Assembly (NCBI GenBank): GCA_951406725.2
Contig: OX597814.1
Location: 52,948,001 to 53,012,000 of the forward strand
Direction: 5' to 3'
From: Octopus vulgaris
Taxonomy: Eukaryota
Length of the DNA stretch: 64,000 nucleotides
Within the stretch, counting starts at the first letter, position 1, and every line of letters begins with the position of its first letter. Shown here one piece after another: positions 25,555-38,724 of this stretch. The position numbers and the translations under genes are program-made. A model generated the notes under the pieces. It was not told where the DNA came from. It saw only the letters and a program-made list of their open reading frames with translations, and ran no database searches.

Positions 25555-25995
25555 TATTATTATTCTATATTTTTGAGATGAGGAATTATGTACATTATTT
25601 ACAATGGATGGATATGGTCCTCATCTTGTTTGTTGTTATCACATTTTGGCTGATGTACTCTCCAGCCTTCATCAGGTGTTCTTGTGGAATTTTGAACCCA
25701 ACTCTTTATTTGACTAATGGGATACACTGTTCTCATTCTTAAGGTATGACGCTGATGTTATTTTTCTGTTGATATTACTCTTCAAGTCCCTGCCTGGCAT
25801 TGAACTTAGAATTCAAAGGTTAGTAGCCTGTGCTCTTATCCACTATGCTGTATGTTCACGGGCATATAGTCAAATAAAGAGTTGGGTTCGAAATTTCTCA
25901 AGAACACCTGATGAAGGCTGGAGAGCACATCAGCCAAAACGTGATAACAACAAACAAGATGAGGACACCTATCCATCCATCGTAACTAATATACA
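25555..25995 (-). mobile_element. tRNA-headed SINE-like element with a hammerhead-containing tail and an inverted tail duplication
   Basis: Minus-strand A-box AGCATAGTGG and B-box AGTTCAATGCC (about 25790-25850); arms about 25590-25716 and 25867-25994 are inverted copies, each with CTGATGA-A-GGCTG...CAGCC-AAAA. Confidence 0.7.
25903..25945 (+). ncRNA. Degenerate minimal (Penelope-type) hammerhead ribozyme motif; mirror copy at 25636-25680 (-)
   Basis: CTGATGA (25908-14), 5-bp stem II GGCTG/CAGCC, AAAAC in place of GAAAC, palindromic ACGT stem III. Confidence 0.55.
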
Positions 25996-26277
25996 GGATA
26001 TATCTATATAATTGGTGGGTTTAGGGTTTCTGTTTTGCATTCATTTCCATAACTTCCTCTGTGCCAGATATCTGCTCCATCAGAACTGATCTGATATTGA
26101 AACAACAAGAATGTCAAGAACAACAACAGAGATTTTCTTAATAGACTAGAAGGTTGCAAGAGGTTTGTGAAACAGTATATAACAGTGAATGTAGAATCCC
26201 CAAAATTTGAAGTTGTCATGAATCAATACACTCCATCTTGACTATCTCCACCTCATACACCACTAAACTCTCTAGAC

Positions 26278-26605
26278 CAGGAGTTCTTGACCATTTTTTA
26301 TCTATGGACCCTTTTGTTTACTATTTTATTCTGGTGGACCCCAACAGCCATTTGATGCTTAAAAACTTAGTTTTATAGAAACTCCTTTCAAAATTCCTAT
26401 TTTGGTTTTCACACATTAACTCGTGTAGGTTGAACTGTGTAAAATGTTAGAGAAAGAAACCTAGCTGTTTCTTGAAATGCATATCAATACATACGTCTAA
26501 AATAAAAATTTTCAAGGTCACTTAAAATACTGTATTGTAGTGTGGGCCCCTCAAATTCTTATATGGACTCTCAGGTGCCATATAGACCCTGGTTGAGAAC
26601 CACTG
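26278..26605. mobile_element. hAT (Charlie-like) MITE with 8-bp TSD
   Basis: TIRs CAGGAGTTCTTGACC / GGTTGAGAACCACTG; CTCTAGAC on both sides (26270-77, 26606-13). Confidence 0.85.
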
Positions 26606-27402
26606 CTCTAGACAGACAAAACTTGGCAGGGTAGCAAACTAAATAGTACAATGTGGTCAGTATAACAATCCAGTAAGTCGCTCCTAAAAGTTCTGATTGT
26701 TTATTTTTATAGTAGAAGTCTCCTAAAGTAGAACTGATCCCAATAACAAAAGTCTGGTGACTTGATCTTGCCCTTGCATTGCTAAAGGTGTTACTAGGAA
26801 TAGTGAAACCAAACCAATCCTTCTTTCATGTAAACATATACACCTAGGGCTGTCTTAGCAGCATTATTTGTCCCCAGGGCAAAGCAGTGCACTGGGCCTT
26901 ATAGTATTTATTGACAGTAAGCCACAGCATACATAGATTAGAATTGCACTGCATATATCATGAAGAGAGTTGCAGTTCAAAGCTGCAAGCAAAAGAGGCA
27001 GTATATCTTGGTCTGCAATGTTGAAGTCAAGCCCTCCTGTTGACAAACGGAGAAAATAAAGAAAAGGGTGTTGTATATAACAATAGCACAACTAGACATA
27101 ACTGTCTTAATTCATTTTGAATGCCACCACGTATTACATGCATTCACACTTATTGTACTGACAAGATACTGCAACAGCGTGTCTGAAACTCAAATGATTC
27201 TAACTCACAACACCCTTACTAACACCCTATCCACTGCTTTACAGTTCTCTAAAGATTTCCAGGAATGGAAACCACTTAGTTCGTCATTCGATCTGACGGT
27301 GTAGCAGTTAAATCTAGTCTCAACCAAACCAACTTCTTACAGTCTTTATCGTAGGACAAAATCCTATTATAAAGATTGCCTGGTTATAGTTAGTGATCTT
27401 AC

Positions 27403-27532
27403 CGTTTCTTAACGCTTTCTTTTGTTCTCCTTCATATTTTTCTGTATATATATCATTAACGTCTTCACTGTTCAACGTCAAAGAAACACGAGTAGTTTCT
27501 TTTTGCTTTGAGCAATCCATCTCCACTGCCAT
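27403..27532 (-). CDS. MORN1: MORN1 exon 1 (MAVEMDCSKQKETTRVSLTLNSEDVNDIYTEKYEGEQKKALRN/G)
   Basis: GAAGATGGC start context, MORN-like YEGE...RNG, phase-1 donor G|GTAAGA matching the exon 2 phase; an upstream in-frame ATG at 27544 is an alternative start. Confidence 0.85.
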
Positions 27533-27739
27533 CTTCAACAGCATTAACCGTGTACAAGACACTTAAAGTATCACTACTGTCGCCACCGACATCGACAAAA
27601 AACCATGTGACGGCAGCTTACCAAACTTCAGTTGTCAAATCGGTTGTCAATGGTAACCGAACTAGCAGCGCGGTCTCGTGTAGCTCCACCCAATTCTCGT
27701 TTCATCCCTTTCAACAAACATCGAACCGCAAAGCTGAAG
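27533..27739. promoter_or_regulatory. Bidirectional CpG-rich promoter/5' UTR region
   Basis: 207 bp between two divergent ATGs, both in a GAAGATGGC context; CpG is retained from about 27.3 to 30.7 kb while depleted in most of the window. Confidence 0.75.
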
Positions 27740-27784
27740 ATGGCGGAACAAAACACAGAAAAGGGAATGGCTATATTTTTGGAT
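27740..27784 (+). CDS. First coding exon of an unidentified gene (MAEQNTEKGMAIFLD)
   Basis: AAGATGGCGG start context and a consensus GTAAGT donor at 27785 (phase 0) inside the CpG-rich region. Confidence 0.7.
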
Positions 27785-29506
27785 GTAAGTTATGAATTTT
27801 ATGTCTTTAGTGTCCCCTTCAGTGTTTGTTATTCTTCTTTTGACGTTCAGAATATGAGCATGTTTTCATATATGAAATAGGTATTTATAATGCGAAATGC
27901 GAAGTCTGTTTATGTTGTTATTTTGGTAAAAAGAACAAATAATGAATAAATAAAATATAAATCAACGAGCCGGTTTCGATCCCCAACTGTATCCATTTCA
28001 TTCCAGTTATGTTGGTAAAGCTTTTTGAAAAATACCGAGACATCACACAAATACCTTCTCATCTCATGTACAAATTTAAGGATTTTCCCCCTCTCTATTT
28101 AGATAATATTTTACTGTTTTGCGATTCCCGGTGAAGCGTGTCAGCGACCCGGTTCGATAACCAGTTGCAACTATTTTATTTAACTTATGTAACTAATTTC
28201 CTTGATAAAAAAGAATTATAAATCACATTTTTCTTTTGATCTCTTTCTTGTATTCATTTGGAATCTGGACGTAACACTGGACAAAAATTCCTGTTGCATT
28301 CTCTCTCTTTCTCTGCATACTAAGTACCCCTATAGAAGAACTCGTTATTTTTATAGAATTTGTAGCGGGAATATATATTCTATTTTGATAAATCTAATAA
28401 ATAACTGAACATAACTAAGTTTAGCGAATTAACTTTTGTATTTTATTTTCACTGTACTAACGTGGTGGTGGGAAAAGGAAAAAAATTAAAATAAATTTTG
28501 CTAGGCCCTAGAACAGTGGGGTGCGCTAGCGCCCGCTAAATTTTTGGGGGGCTATGAAAACGCTTTCAACGTCTTCTAGAAAAACTGGTTTTGTATATCA
28601 TAAGCAAATTTCATTCACGCACTTATGCAAAATTAGGCCTGACACAAAAGTTGAGGCAAAATCACGGTTTAACTTTTCATGGGCAGAGAAACTCGTCAAT
28701 GAAATTAACCGTACTCATTCATTCCCGGATGGATAAGAGTAAGTGGAAGATATGACATTCATGCATTTTCCAATGACGTTAGTAAAGACAAGTGGAATGA
28801 CTTCACGCTTGAAATGAAAAAGGAATGCAGAGATGGAACAGTCCTAAAATAAATTACTACCTCATCACTTTCCGTGTACTTCGGAGTAGAAACAAAAAAA
28901 AAAACATAGCTGTTTAAGTGGATAGTTGTGATGATATCCGTTATGGATGTCAATGTTAGCTATTTCGAATGAGTATCGGAACCGGGTCATCGACGCACTT
29001 TGCGATCCAATTTCCTCTGTTTCGTTAAATAACATGAAACCCGTTAAAGTTGTCAAACTGTTATTAGCAGATAACTCCTTTCAAAGTTGTCATACTTCAA
29101 TATATCGTTCGTTTTCTTTTGTGTTGTGTAAGCTAGTCAAAATTTGTCAACCAGAAAAAAAAAAAGCAAAAAAAAACACATTGATAATAATGACTTGGTG
29201 AATATATTCGAATGAACAACTATTGTAGACAGTAATAGAAAACTTTATTTTGTGAATTGTACAGCTTTTAGAACTGTCATTTTATAAGATTTTGCTGTTG
29301 ACAGTTACTTAAAAAAAATCACTTGTTGTTTGTTGGTCCTATCGATTTAAGTTACTTTTCGTTACTTACATGCACTCGCGCGATCACACATTAAAAAAAA
29401 AAGTTATTTTTAAAGTACTTTTGAGAATAACTACTGAACATTTTGTGTTGCTGTAACGCACAACTATAATGTCGAATCCATTTAGAAGATCAAGTTGATT
29501 GGGACT

Positions 29507-29542
<36 letters not shown>

Positions 29543-31282
29543 AATTATTTCGAGGATATAAATACCTCTTATATATGTATCGTTTCCCAGCCGAGTCAAC
29601 GGTATTTATTTTTACTGGCGGTGTTCCAGCATGGCCACAACCTTTGGGCTGAAACGTATAAAGAAAATTATGTTTGTGTGCGTGTGTGTGAACGTTAAAC
29701 AGTGTACACACACACGTTTTTATATAAATATGTGTGTTACACACTCACACAACCGTAAGGAAAAAGTACTCATGATGTAGTCTTAAATTATGGCATTTAA
29801 AAACATTCTTCACGCCGAGTTTCGTGTAACGGTGTTTTAATTTACATACACTCACAAATATATATACTTATATAACGAACGATGTAAAATCTCAGTTCTT
29901 GAATGTGATACTGTAGTTCAGAAACAAATATATACATATATACTACAGTGTGTTGGCAAAAAAGCTGTGACAACTTTCGATCTTCATTTTTCATAAAATG
30001 TTTATTCATATCTGAGAAAGATATTAATATCATAAGGACTTTCAGAAAAAAAAAGTAAAGAAAAGTCTCATGTATACATTCTGACATACACCCAAAAGAT
30101 CGCATCTTCATATATTGTCTATTTATAGATGCACATTGCTTAAAATGATACTTTTTTCCCCCATATTTCTGAATATGTTTAAGCTTTAATTTTTTATTGT
30201 TCCATTTCCAAAAACACTTAGAAGAATGTGCACACGCAATGAACTGCATATTTGAATGTAATACATGCACCGATGCGCAAAGGTATAAACTCACATGCGA
30301 ACACATGCTTTCAGTCACACATGAACAAAGCATTCTCACCGACAGTTAAACAGATACACTTCACATCCCCGCAATCAGTGGGCGTTCGACAGTTTCGGAC
30401 GGCCCCACCCCCTCAGTAACATTCACATTATTTAACATTCGATATAGTTTTGTGTTTAGACGGCTAATGATGGAATCTTTTTTTTCTTTTTATTGTTGAG
30501 AATCGCTTCACGATCGAAATCTGGCAACAGCCATGTGTAGTTAGTTACCTAGCATTATATCTAAACAGGTGCAATGAAATTGGCAACTAAGTTGTACCTA
30601 TTACACAAAACGCGACATTCCCGTTTCGTTTACCAGTTCAGCATTTTAGAGGAAATTTGTGGAATTTTCTTCCTTGAAAATCCTAATATATTCTTTGGTT
30701 CTTTTTTCCCCGGTTTTTAGTTCGATTGCTTCTATTAAAGAAGTAAGAAAAAGGAAAAAAAAAATCAATACGAAATAATATCAGCCAATAAAGATCAAAA
30801 ACAAATTATATACTAACAAGACAGAAAAAAGTATGTATACATTCACACAAATATTTGATTAATACACCTACACCTATATATACTGCCCCCTCATTGTTAT
30901 ATAATTCCATGTCAGCAGTGATTGAGCAGATCTATTTGCAGCGGCGTCCCCAGCAAGGAACATATCCTTAAAGGATTTTTTCAATTATAGTTTTTGATGA
31001 CTATATGGTGTAACTTAAGAGTGATTTAGTTATTTCTAGCATCTGAGTGACCACGTAAGAGCTTATTAATTAGCTGGCAGTATTTTTATCTTATTATTTG
31101 CTTATATTGAGAATGTTAACAATTCAGTCCATGCTAAACCATTTTAGATTCTTACACAAACAGATATACATTCATATATACATCTATTATATATTCGATA
31201 TATATTCCTGTGAATATATATGTTGTTTCACACACATTTCAATATATGGATATTTATCAGTACACACACATATATATGCATA

Positions 31283-31525
31283 TGTGTGTATATGTGTCAC
31301 CTTGCCTTGATGTATGATAGTTGTAAATGAGTGTCACTGTCATACAAGCAGTGTCCTTAATGTCCAGTCTTTTGTGAAAACATGTTTGGCTATGGGGAAA
31401 TATTAACTAACCTGGAAACAAGTGAAGGTTGGCAAACAGAAGGACATTCAGTCATAGGAAATCTGCCTCAACAAATTCTATCCATCCCATACAAGCATGG
31501 AAAAGTGGACATTGAAATGGTGATT
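31283..31525 (+). mobile_element. Short repeat with RTE-like tail; related minus copies at about 33055-33215 and 60460-60680
   Basis: Shared aaatctgcctcaacaaatt...catgcaagcatggaaaagtgga segment. Confidence 0.6.
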
Positions 31526-31526
31526 T

Positions 31527-33025
31527 ATGCTGCTGAAATGCTTAAAATCTGGTAGAGTGGGATTTGGTCTAGTTACCCATATAATTAATCAGGTTATTCA
31601 GGAAAGTGTAACCCCCATTGACTTGTGTAGCAACTTCATAGTCAGCTGCTACAATGGGAAAGGAGATGCCTTAGAAAAAATTATAAAGGCATCAGATTAC
31701 TGGATTAGGTCATGAGGGAGGTAGAGCCCAATTAATTAAGAACAGAATTTGATTAGATGAAATGCAGCATAGCTTTGTGCTGTGGAGAAGCACTACTGAT
31801 GCTATTTTCATTGTCAGGCAACTGCAAGAGAAGTTTTTTGCTAAGAATAAGTTGATACACTTTGCATTTGCTGATCTGGAGAAAGCTTTCGACAGGACAC
31901 CACACTTAGTGATATAGTGGTCTCTGAAGAAGCTTGAGGTAAATGAATGGCTTGTGAAAGCAGTACAGGCCATGTACAGGGCTACTGTTAGTAAGGTATG
32001 AGTTAGCCATCAATACAGGAATGAATTTAATGTACAGGTAGATGTTCACCAAGGCTCAGTCCTCAGCACTCTCCTATTCATCTTGGTCCTCCAGGCCATA
32101 ACAAGAAGTTAAGATTGAAACCCCAAGAGAACTACTATATCCTGATGATCTTGCTCTCATGGCAGAAGCTGTAACAGATTTATAAAAAAAAATTCTAGGT
32201 GTGGAAACAAAATCTGAAATCAAAGGGCCTTCATATTAACTTAGTAAAGACCAAGGTCCTAGTAAGTAAGAAATTGGACAGGACTCGATCCACTTCATGT
32301 AAATGACTTTGCTTGGTATGTACAAAAGGTGTAGGTAGGAATTCCATTTAGTGTATTCCATGCAAGCTATGCATACGCAAGGGGTGTAGTGGAATAATAG
32401 GAAGGTTAATAGAGAAAGTAGTGTTTGTATGTGGAATATGTTCAGGAGCCATAAAGTTTACAGATAGAGGGGATATTGATTTCCTCAAATGCCCTGAGGC
32501 TCTCTAGAAGTAGTAGATAATTTCTGTTACCTAGGTGACCTAATTAGCTGAATGCAGAGGACATGAGAAGACTACAGAAGAATGAAGCTAGTATGCTCTG
32601 CTGGATGTGCAATGTCAGTGTACATGTGGTAGTGTATTGAGAGAGAAATTAGGCATGAGAGGAACTAGATGCCATGTGCAAGTGAGAAGACTGCACTGGA
32701 TTGGTCATGTGGTTCATATGGATGTTGACAGTTGCATAAACAAATGCCAATTTGTTAACACGTGAAAGAGGAAGACATGGGATGAAATATTGAAGGCCAA
32801 TCTCAAGACACTGTTGGTGCTGGTACTACATAAAAAGCTCTGGTGATGGTGCCATGTAAAATGCACCCAGTATACTCTGTAAAGTGGTTGGTGTTAGGAA
32901 AGGCATCTAGCTGTGTAAACCATACCAAAACAGATAGTGGAACATGGTGTAGCTTCTGGCCTTGCTGGCTTCTGTCAGACTGTTAAGCCCAAGCCAACAT
33001 GGAAAATGGATGTTAAAATGATGAT
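31527..33025 (+). mobile_element. RTE-clade LINE, 5'-truncated RT plus 3' UTR
   Basis: STTDAIFIVRQLQEKFFAKNKLIHFAFADLEKAFDR, VHQGSVLSTLLFI, LLYPDDL, RRLHWIGHV; followed by the family tail and TGAT repeats. Confidence 0.9.
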
Positions 33026-33685
33026 TGTATGTGTGTACATACGTATCAATCTATCATTATTTTAATATCCACTTTTCCATGCCTGCATGGATTGGACAAT
33101 TTGTTGAGGCAGATTTTCTATGATTGGAGGTCTTTCTTGTCACCAACATGTTTTTCACTGAAGATTGAAAATGAGGAACACCTCATTTATAATTATCACA
33201 TGATGTGACACAAACACATACTTATATACATATATATATGTAAGGCTTTGGTCAGCCCCAAAATGAGCTAGTGCAATGGTGCTGAACTTAAACCCACAAA
33301 GCAATACAGACTGTGTGATGGAACAAAGTTGAGATGCTTGAAATATCTGTCTCTGCTTCCCAAATTTCCTTCTGCATTAACTTCCAATTTAATTGTAAAT
33401 CTATACCATCTGAAAGATTTTGTAGAAGATTTCATTAAAAAAATATGAATTTTTTTTAAAGTTAAGAGGAAACAAATTTAGAGCATGTGAATTATCTGAT
33501 AACTCTGCCTCCACTCCAAAAAGATTTTTACTGAAGTTCTGATATAGTTGTAAAGTATACCATCTGAAACATTTGTTGAAAGTTTCTTTCAAAAATATCC
33601 ATTTTTTTCTGAAATATATGAAGAAAGTAAGTCAAGATCTGTAGTTATGCCCTAAATTTATTTTATTGTGTTAGTACTTTTGGAT

Positions 33686-33916
33686 CAGTGGTTCTCAACC
33701 ATTCTTTACCTATGGACCTCTTTAGTGCCTATTTTACTTGGGTGATCCCTCAAAGCCATTTGATATTTGAAAAACTCCCATTATATTTTTATAATTAAAT
33801 ATTAATAGGAATTCTATAACAAATGTTTTGTATATTGGAGAAGTATAACCAATTTATTGCACATAAACTTTAGTAACAAAATCTTATATCATGTGGATCC
33901 TGGTTGAGAATTACTG
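33686..33916. mobile_element. hAT MITE, second copy
   Basis: CAGTGGTTCTCAACC...GGTTGAGAATTACTG; internal sequence similar to 26278-26605. Confidence 0.75.
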
Positions 33917-34364
33917 TTAGATGAATAAAGGGTATAAAAGAAAGTTAGATGTAGTATATCAGAAACCTTACACAAACTGGGAATCAGATATGTAATTATC
34001 ATTTAGTGACCAACAGAAAACTGCCAAAGAGTGGTCTTTCAGCTAGTATTTAGTAATTTAATAAAACAACCTAGCAAAAACATTTGTGTACATGTTCTCA
34101 ATGAGCTTTCTTATAAGATTATTCAGTGGATCTAGCTTCAGCATCAATGATTGTTTCAGTGCAGGACTGGAATTGTTGACATACCTGCACTGAATCTAAA
34201 TGATCCTTATGGGTCTGAAACACATACTTAGGAAGTGAATATATTAACCACACAGCCTTTTCTGCACCTACACCTGTTTATTTACTTGTCTATCTGTCTC
34301 TCTATCTATGATCATGATCTTCATTATCTCTCTATCTATGATCATGATCTTCATTATCTTTTTA

Positions 34365-34705
34365 TGCCTGTCTTCCATGCTGGCATGAATTGGAAACTTT
34401 GACAGGATTCAATAGATTGGAAGACTGTTGTGCTCCAGTGTCTGCTTTGGCTTTGTTTCTGTGGCTGGGTGCACTTCATAATGCCAATTACTTTACAGAG
34501 TGTACAGGGTGCTTTTTTTCATAGCATCAGTACTAGTGAGGTTATCATGTGGCTTGCAGAATTAAGATTTCCTTCAACTGAATGACACTACGGTGAAGAG
34601 GGAGGCAACTTCATGAGAGGTTGAAGCACAAAGATGGTACTGGAACAAGTTTCTTGCTGTAGAGGAGATACATGGCTACTTGCATGAAACAAGAGTGGGT
34701 GAGAT
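34365..34705 (-). mobile_element. RTE 3' UTR/tail fragment
   Basis: Reverse complement of the tail family; further copies at about 1640-1860, 38215-38395, 40010-40278, 58310-58490 and 60160-60345. Confidence 0.65.
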
Positions 34706-37612
34706 TAATCAAAGTTGTGCTGGAGGGTGGGGTGCTGGGGTCAAAAGAACAAGAAAGGTGGATGGGTAGTGATTGTAAGAATGTTTGGAGAGAGTAGATG
34801 ATGACTAGAGATTGGGTCGGGTTGAGGAGTGGATGGTGGAGGGTATGATCATTGAGTTAGAGGGATGGTTGCATTACACACGTGTGCACACACACATGTA
34901 TATGTAGGGGATAAGTAAAATCTAGGTGATCACCTCAAAAGTACTTCATGCAGTAACCTGGCTAGTAAAGCATTTAAATTGCAGTGTAAATGTTATTCTT
35001 TTTGATTAACTGAAGAATGATTAGTTATACTTTGGTTAGTTATTAAAGGAACAATTTGCTAATCCAAGGTCAAATAGGTATGTCGTTATTCCTCACAAAG
35101 AGGATAGCAATAATTTTAATTGAGGAAAAGAGAAGCCAAATTAAGGTACATTTATATATGATGGACTTCTTTCAGTTCCTCTCTTCCAAATTCACTCTCA
35201 AAGCTTTTGCTTGATCTGGGGCTGTAGAAGAAGATACTTAAAGTGATATACAGTGGGATTAAACCAGAAATCATGTGGATGGCAAACAAATTTTTGACCA
35301 CACAGCCATGCTATGACCAATCATCTTTTGTATGTTGGTTTGTATTGTGTATTTAAGATCACATTATCAACTGTATCCTTTTTTTAAGATGGTGAGGTGT
35401 CATTTTAGAGCTACTTTGCTACATTTTTTAGCAAGCTGAGACACCAAACGGAGATTCCCTCATTAACTTGATACATGTATATACAAATGAAATAATGTTG
35501 GCCAAAGTGAAAGCTTTACAAAAGAGAAACTTTTCAATCAGTTTATTTTACACTTTAACTTCTATTTCCATTTACCACTCAAAGACTTATTTGCTCCAGT
35601 TCCAATTTTTAAAAATATATTTTTAGAAACATTTCCTGCTCCCAAGCACATGTTTTGTTGATACCTTATAATTTTGTATTAAAAAAAAAGTAATAATTGG
35701 GCAAGAAAAGCATTTTAATTCACATTTTTAATGTACTTGTGTTGCTTTTTGCTTGTTTTATTAATGTTCAGTGGAATGTCATTTAAGTATAACAGTATTA
35801 ATTATGTCAACAAATATTTATCATTGAATGTGCTGTTTATTCTATTATTTTACAACCTTGTAACCAGAATTCTGCTGTCACTATGACTGTTGCTTCTTGC
35901 TGTCAAATCTATCATCAATACACTTTTGGCTAGTCTAGGTTGCAGATTAACCCTAGTAGAATTTTTTAATATTATTTTTTCTTAACAGGAAGGAAACTTG
36001 AGACCATCTTTATAAAAAAGCATTGAAACTAAATAAAAGTAATCTAATTCAGTATAAAATGTACAAAAATCTAAATATCTATTAATATTAATTTATAGTT
36101 TTGCTTCAGACTTTTATTTTTTGTCAAGTGACATTTCCTTTTCATAACATTCTGCTGTGTGTATGAAGACCTGTCTTTGCATTATCCTGCTGTATTCATG
36201 TTACCTACATATATCCTAATATTTGCCATTAATCTGTCTTCTGTGATAGTTCTGCCAGTCTTGTAATCACTTGTATTGGATATCACTGATATGTAAACAG
36301 CATTATATATTCTGCTGCATAACTTGTATTACTTCTGAAAATATAAATACATTTCTGTATTCTAGCATTGTTAATAGTTTTTCAAAAGAGATAAACATGT
36401 TACAGAATTAAATAGTGCCCCCCCCCCCAAAAAAAAAAACATACACAAAAAACAACAAAAAACAAACAGAAACATGCATACAGACACACACACACAGCAG
36501 TAGATGAAGCAGAGGTAATTCTGAAGAATATTTTGAATATCAGCTGAGAAATTTCAAAAGATCATTGCTATGTTTCTTATGTATGCTACTTTTTTTTTGT
36601 CAGTTCTGTGCAGTAAGATTTGTTAATACCTGTTAGGTTTTCTCTTAACTGCAGTTACTTCCTCAAAGATTTATTTTGCAGGAATATTGGAAAGACATTT
36701 CAAATCAGTCATCTCAGCCAGAATTTTACTGAGTGATTCCAAACGTATCTGCAGAGTTAATTTTACTTTGAGCAACTCAAAAATATGTCTGCTTGGTCAA
36801 AACCTAACATTTTAGAGAATTCTTTACTTTAACTTTTAGGGAGAAAAACAAGTTGCAACTCAAAGATATTTACCTATAGATTATAGTTCTTTAATAGATA
36901 AATTCCCTGTCTAACAGTGTTCTGTTCAGTTCAGTTTGGGATTTAACAAATGGGTTGCTGAAAGATTTATTGATCAGAACTACTGCTAAAATATAAAGTC
37001 CAGGTTAGTCAAATTTCCATCTTTTATCCTTGTCTTCATTGTCATCATCTAGCTGATTCCAATGCTGGCATGGGTTGGACAATTCAAAGGGGCTGGTGAA
37101 ACAGATGATTGCTCCAAGCTCCAATGTCATCTTTGGCGCTTTCCCTCTTCAAGATACCCTGCAATACCTCTACTCCTTCCTTTCTGGAATTTTAGGGGAG
37201 TTATATTATGTTGTGGTTTTCTTTGATTCTCCTCAACAAATCCTTTGCTTCTTTCTCCTTTTATTTGTTTACACCCTTCATTTTTGGACCATTTATTACA
37301 GATAGTTTTATGGTTTTTACAATGAATTATTCAACATTTTTATCATTTTGAAGATAGACTGAAGAAAATTGCTTTCAAGTAATCTTGTTGAAGAATATTT
37401 TGTTAAAATTATCTTCTAAGTCAATAAACATCAAATTTCATAAAATTAATTAATTTTGTTTTCCTTATGCAAGTTTAAAAATTTTTTCTTAATATCTAGC
37501 ATTCATTGATTAGTATCATGTTAGAACTAAGTAGTTTTGAGAAATATTTGTCTTATATTATTAGATGATACATACAATCATACATACATACATGCATGCA
37601 TATTTTTTAATG

Positions 37613-37992
37613 CTGTGTGGTAAGAAGCTTGCTTGTCAACCACATGGTCCTGGGTTAAGTCCCACTGTGTAGCACCTTGGGCAAGTGTCTTCTACAATAG
37701 CCTTGGGCCAGCCAAAGCCTTGTGAGTGGATTTGGTAGACAGTAACTGAAAGAATTCTGTCATATATTTTTGTGTGTGTGTGTCTTTGTGTCTGTTTGTC
37801 TCCCCCCCCCATCACTGCTTGACAACCAGTGTTGGTGTGTTTACACCTCTGTGACTTAGCAGTTTGACAGAATAAACTGATAGAAAAAGTACTATGTATA
37901 AGAAATAAGATTTGCTTGACTAAAGCACCCTTCAAGGTGGTGCGTCAGCATGGCTGCAGTCAGATGACTGAAGCAAGCAAAAGAACAAAAGA
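37613..37992 (+). mobile_element. SINE family A
   Basis: Colinear with 21959-22358. Confidence 0.8.
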
Positions 37993-38724
37993 ATATACCA
38001 TCTTATCTTTTTTGCAGATACTCCCACTCACTTTTATAAACATACAAGAGAGCCATATATCTTCTGCATAGCAAGACACTTCTGCAGGTCCTTGGCATAA
38101 AGTCACCTCTTTGCTTAATACTTATAGTCCCCACCTACTTAATCAAGAGGGCTTTTCCCCCTTTTTTTTCCCTTTACTTGTTCTTTCTTGTCTTGAAAGT
38201 TACTTGGCAACCCCACTAGTGCTGGTGGCATAGAAAAAGCACCCAGTATACACTGTAAAGTGATTGGCATCAAGAAGGATATCCAACCATAGAAACCATG
38301 CCAAAACTGACTTGGAGCACATTGCAGCCCCTGGGCTCATTGGATCCTGTCAAACCATCCAACCCATGCCAGCAGGGAACATGGATTTCAAATGTTGATC
38401 GGCTGTGTTGTTAACAAGTTTGTTTCCTAGCCATATGTTTTAGGTTCAGTCTCACTTGGGTGTCTTCAACTATAGACCTGGGCTGACCAAACTGTTGTGA
38501 GTGAATTTAGTAGGCAAAAACTGAAAAGAATCCGTGTGTGTGTTTCTTTACACATCTTTCTCACAGAAATTCCCACTCACTTTTATATAAACACAAGAGA
38601 GCCATGTATCTTGTGCATAGAAAGGCACTTCTGCAGGTCCCTGGAATAAAGCCACCTCTTCTCCAAAAGTTACTAAGCTATATGCAGTGACATTGTTGTT
38701 ATTTCCATTTTTCAACTTTAATAA

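Noticed and set aside
38020-38665. Roughly 85-bp direct repeat suggesting LTRs
   Set aside because: Both copies resemble the RTE 3' UTR (compare 34600-34705); no TG..CA ends or PBS.
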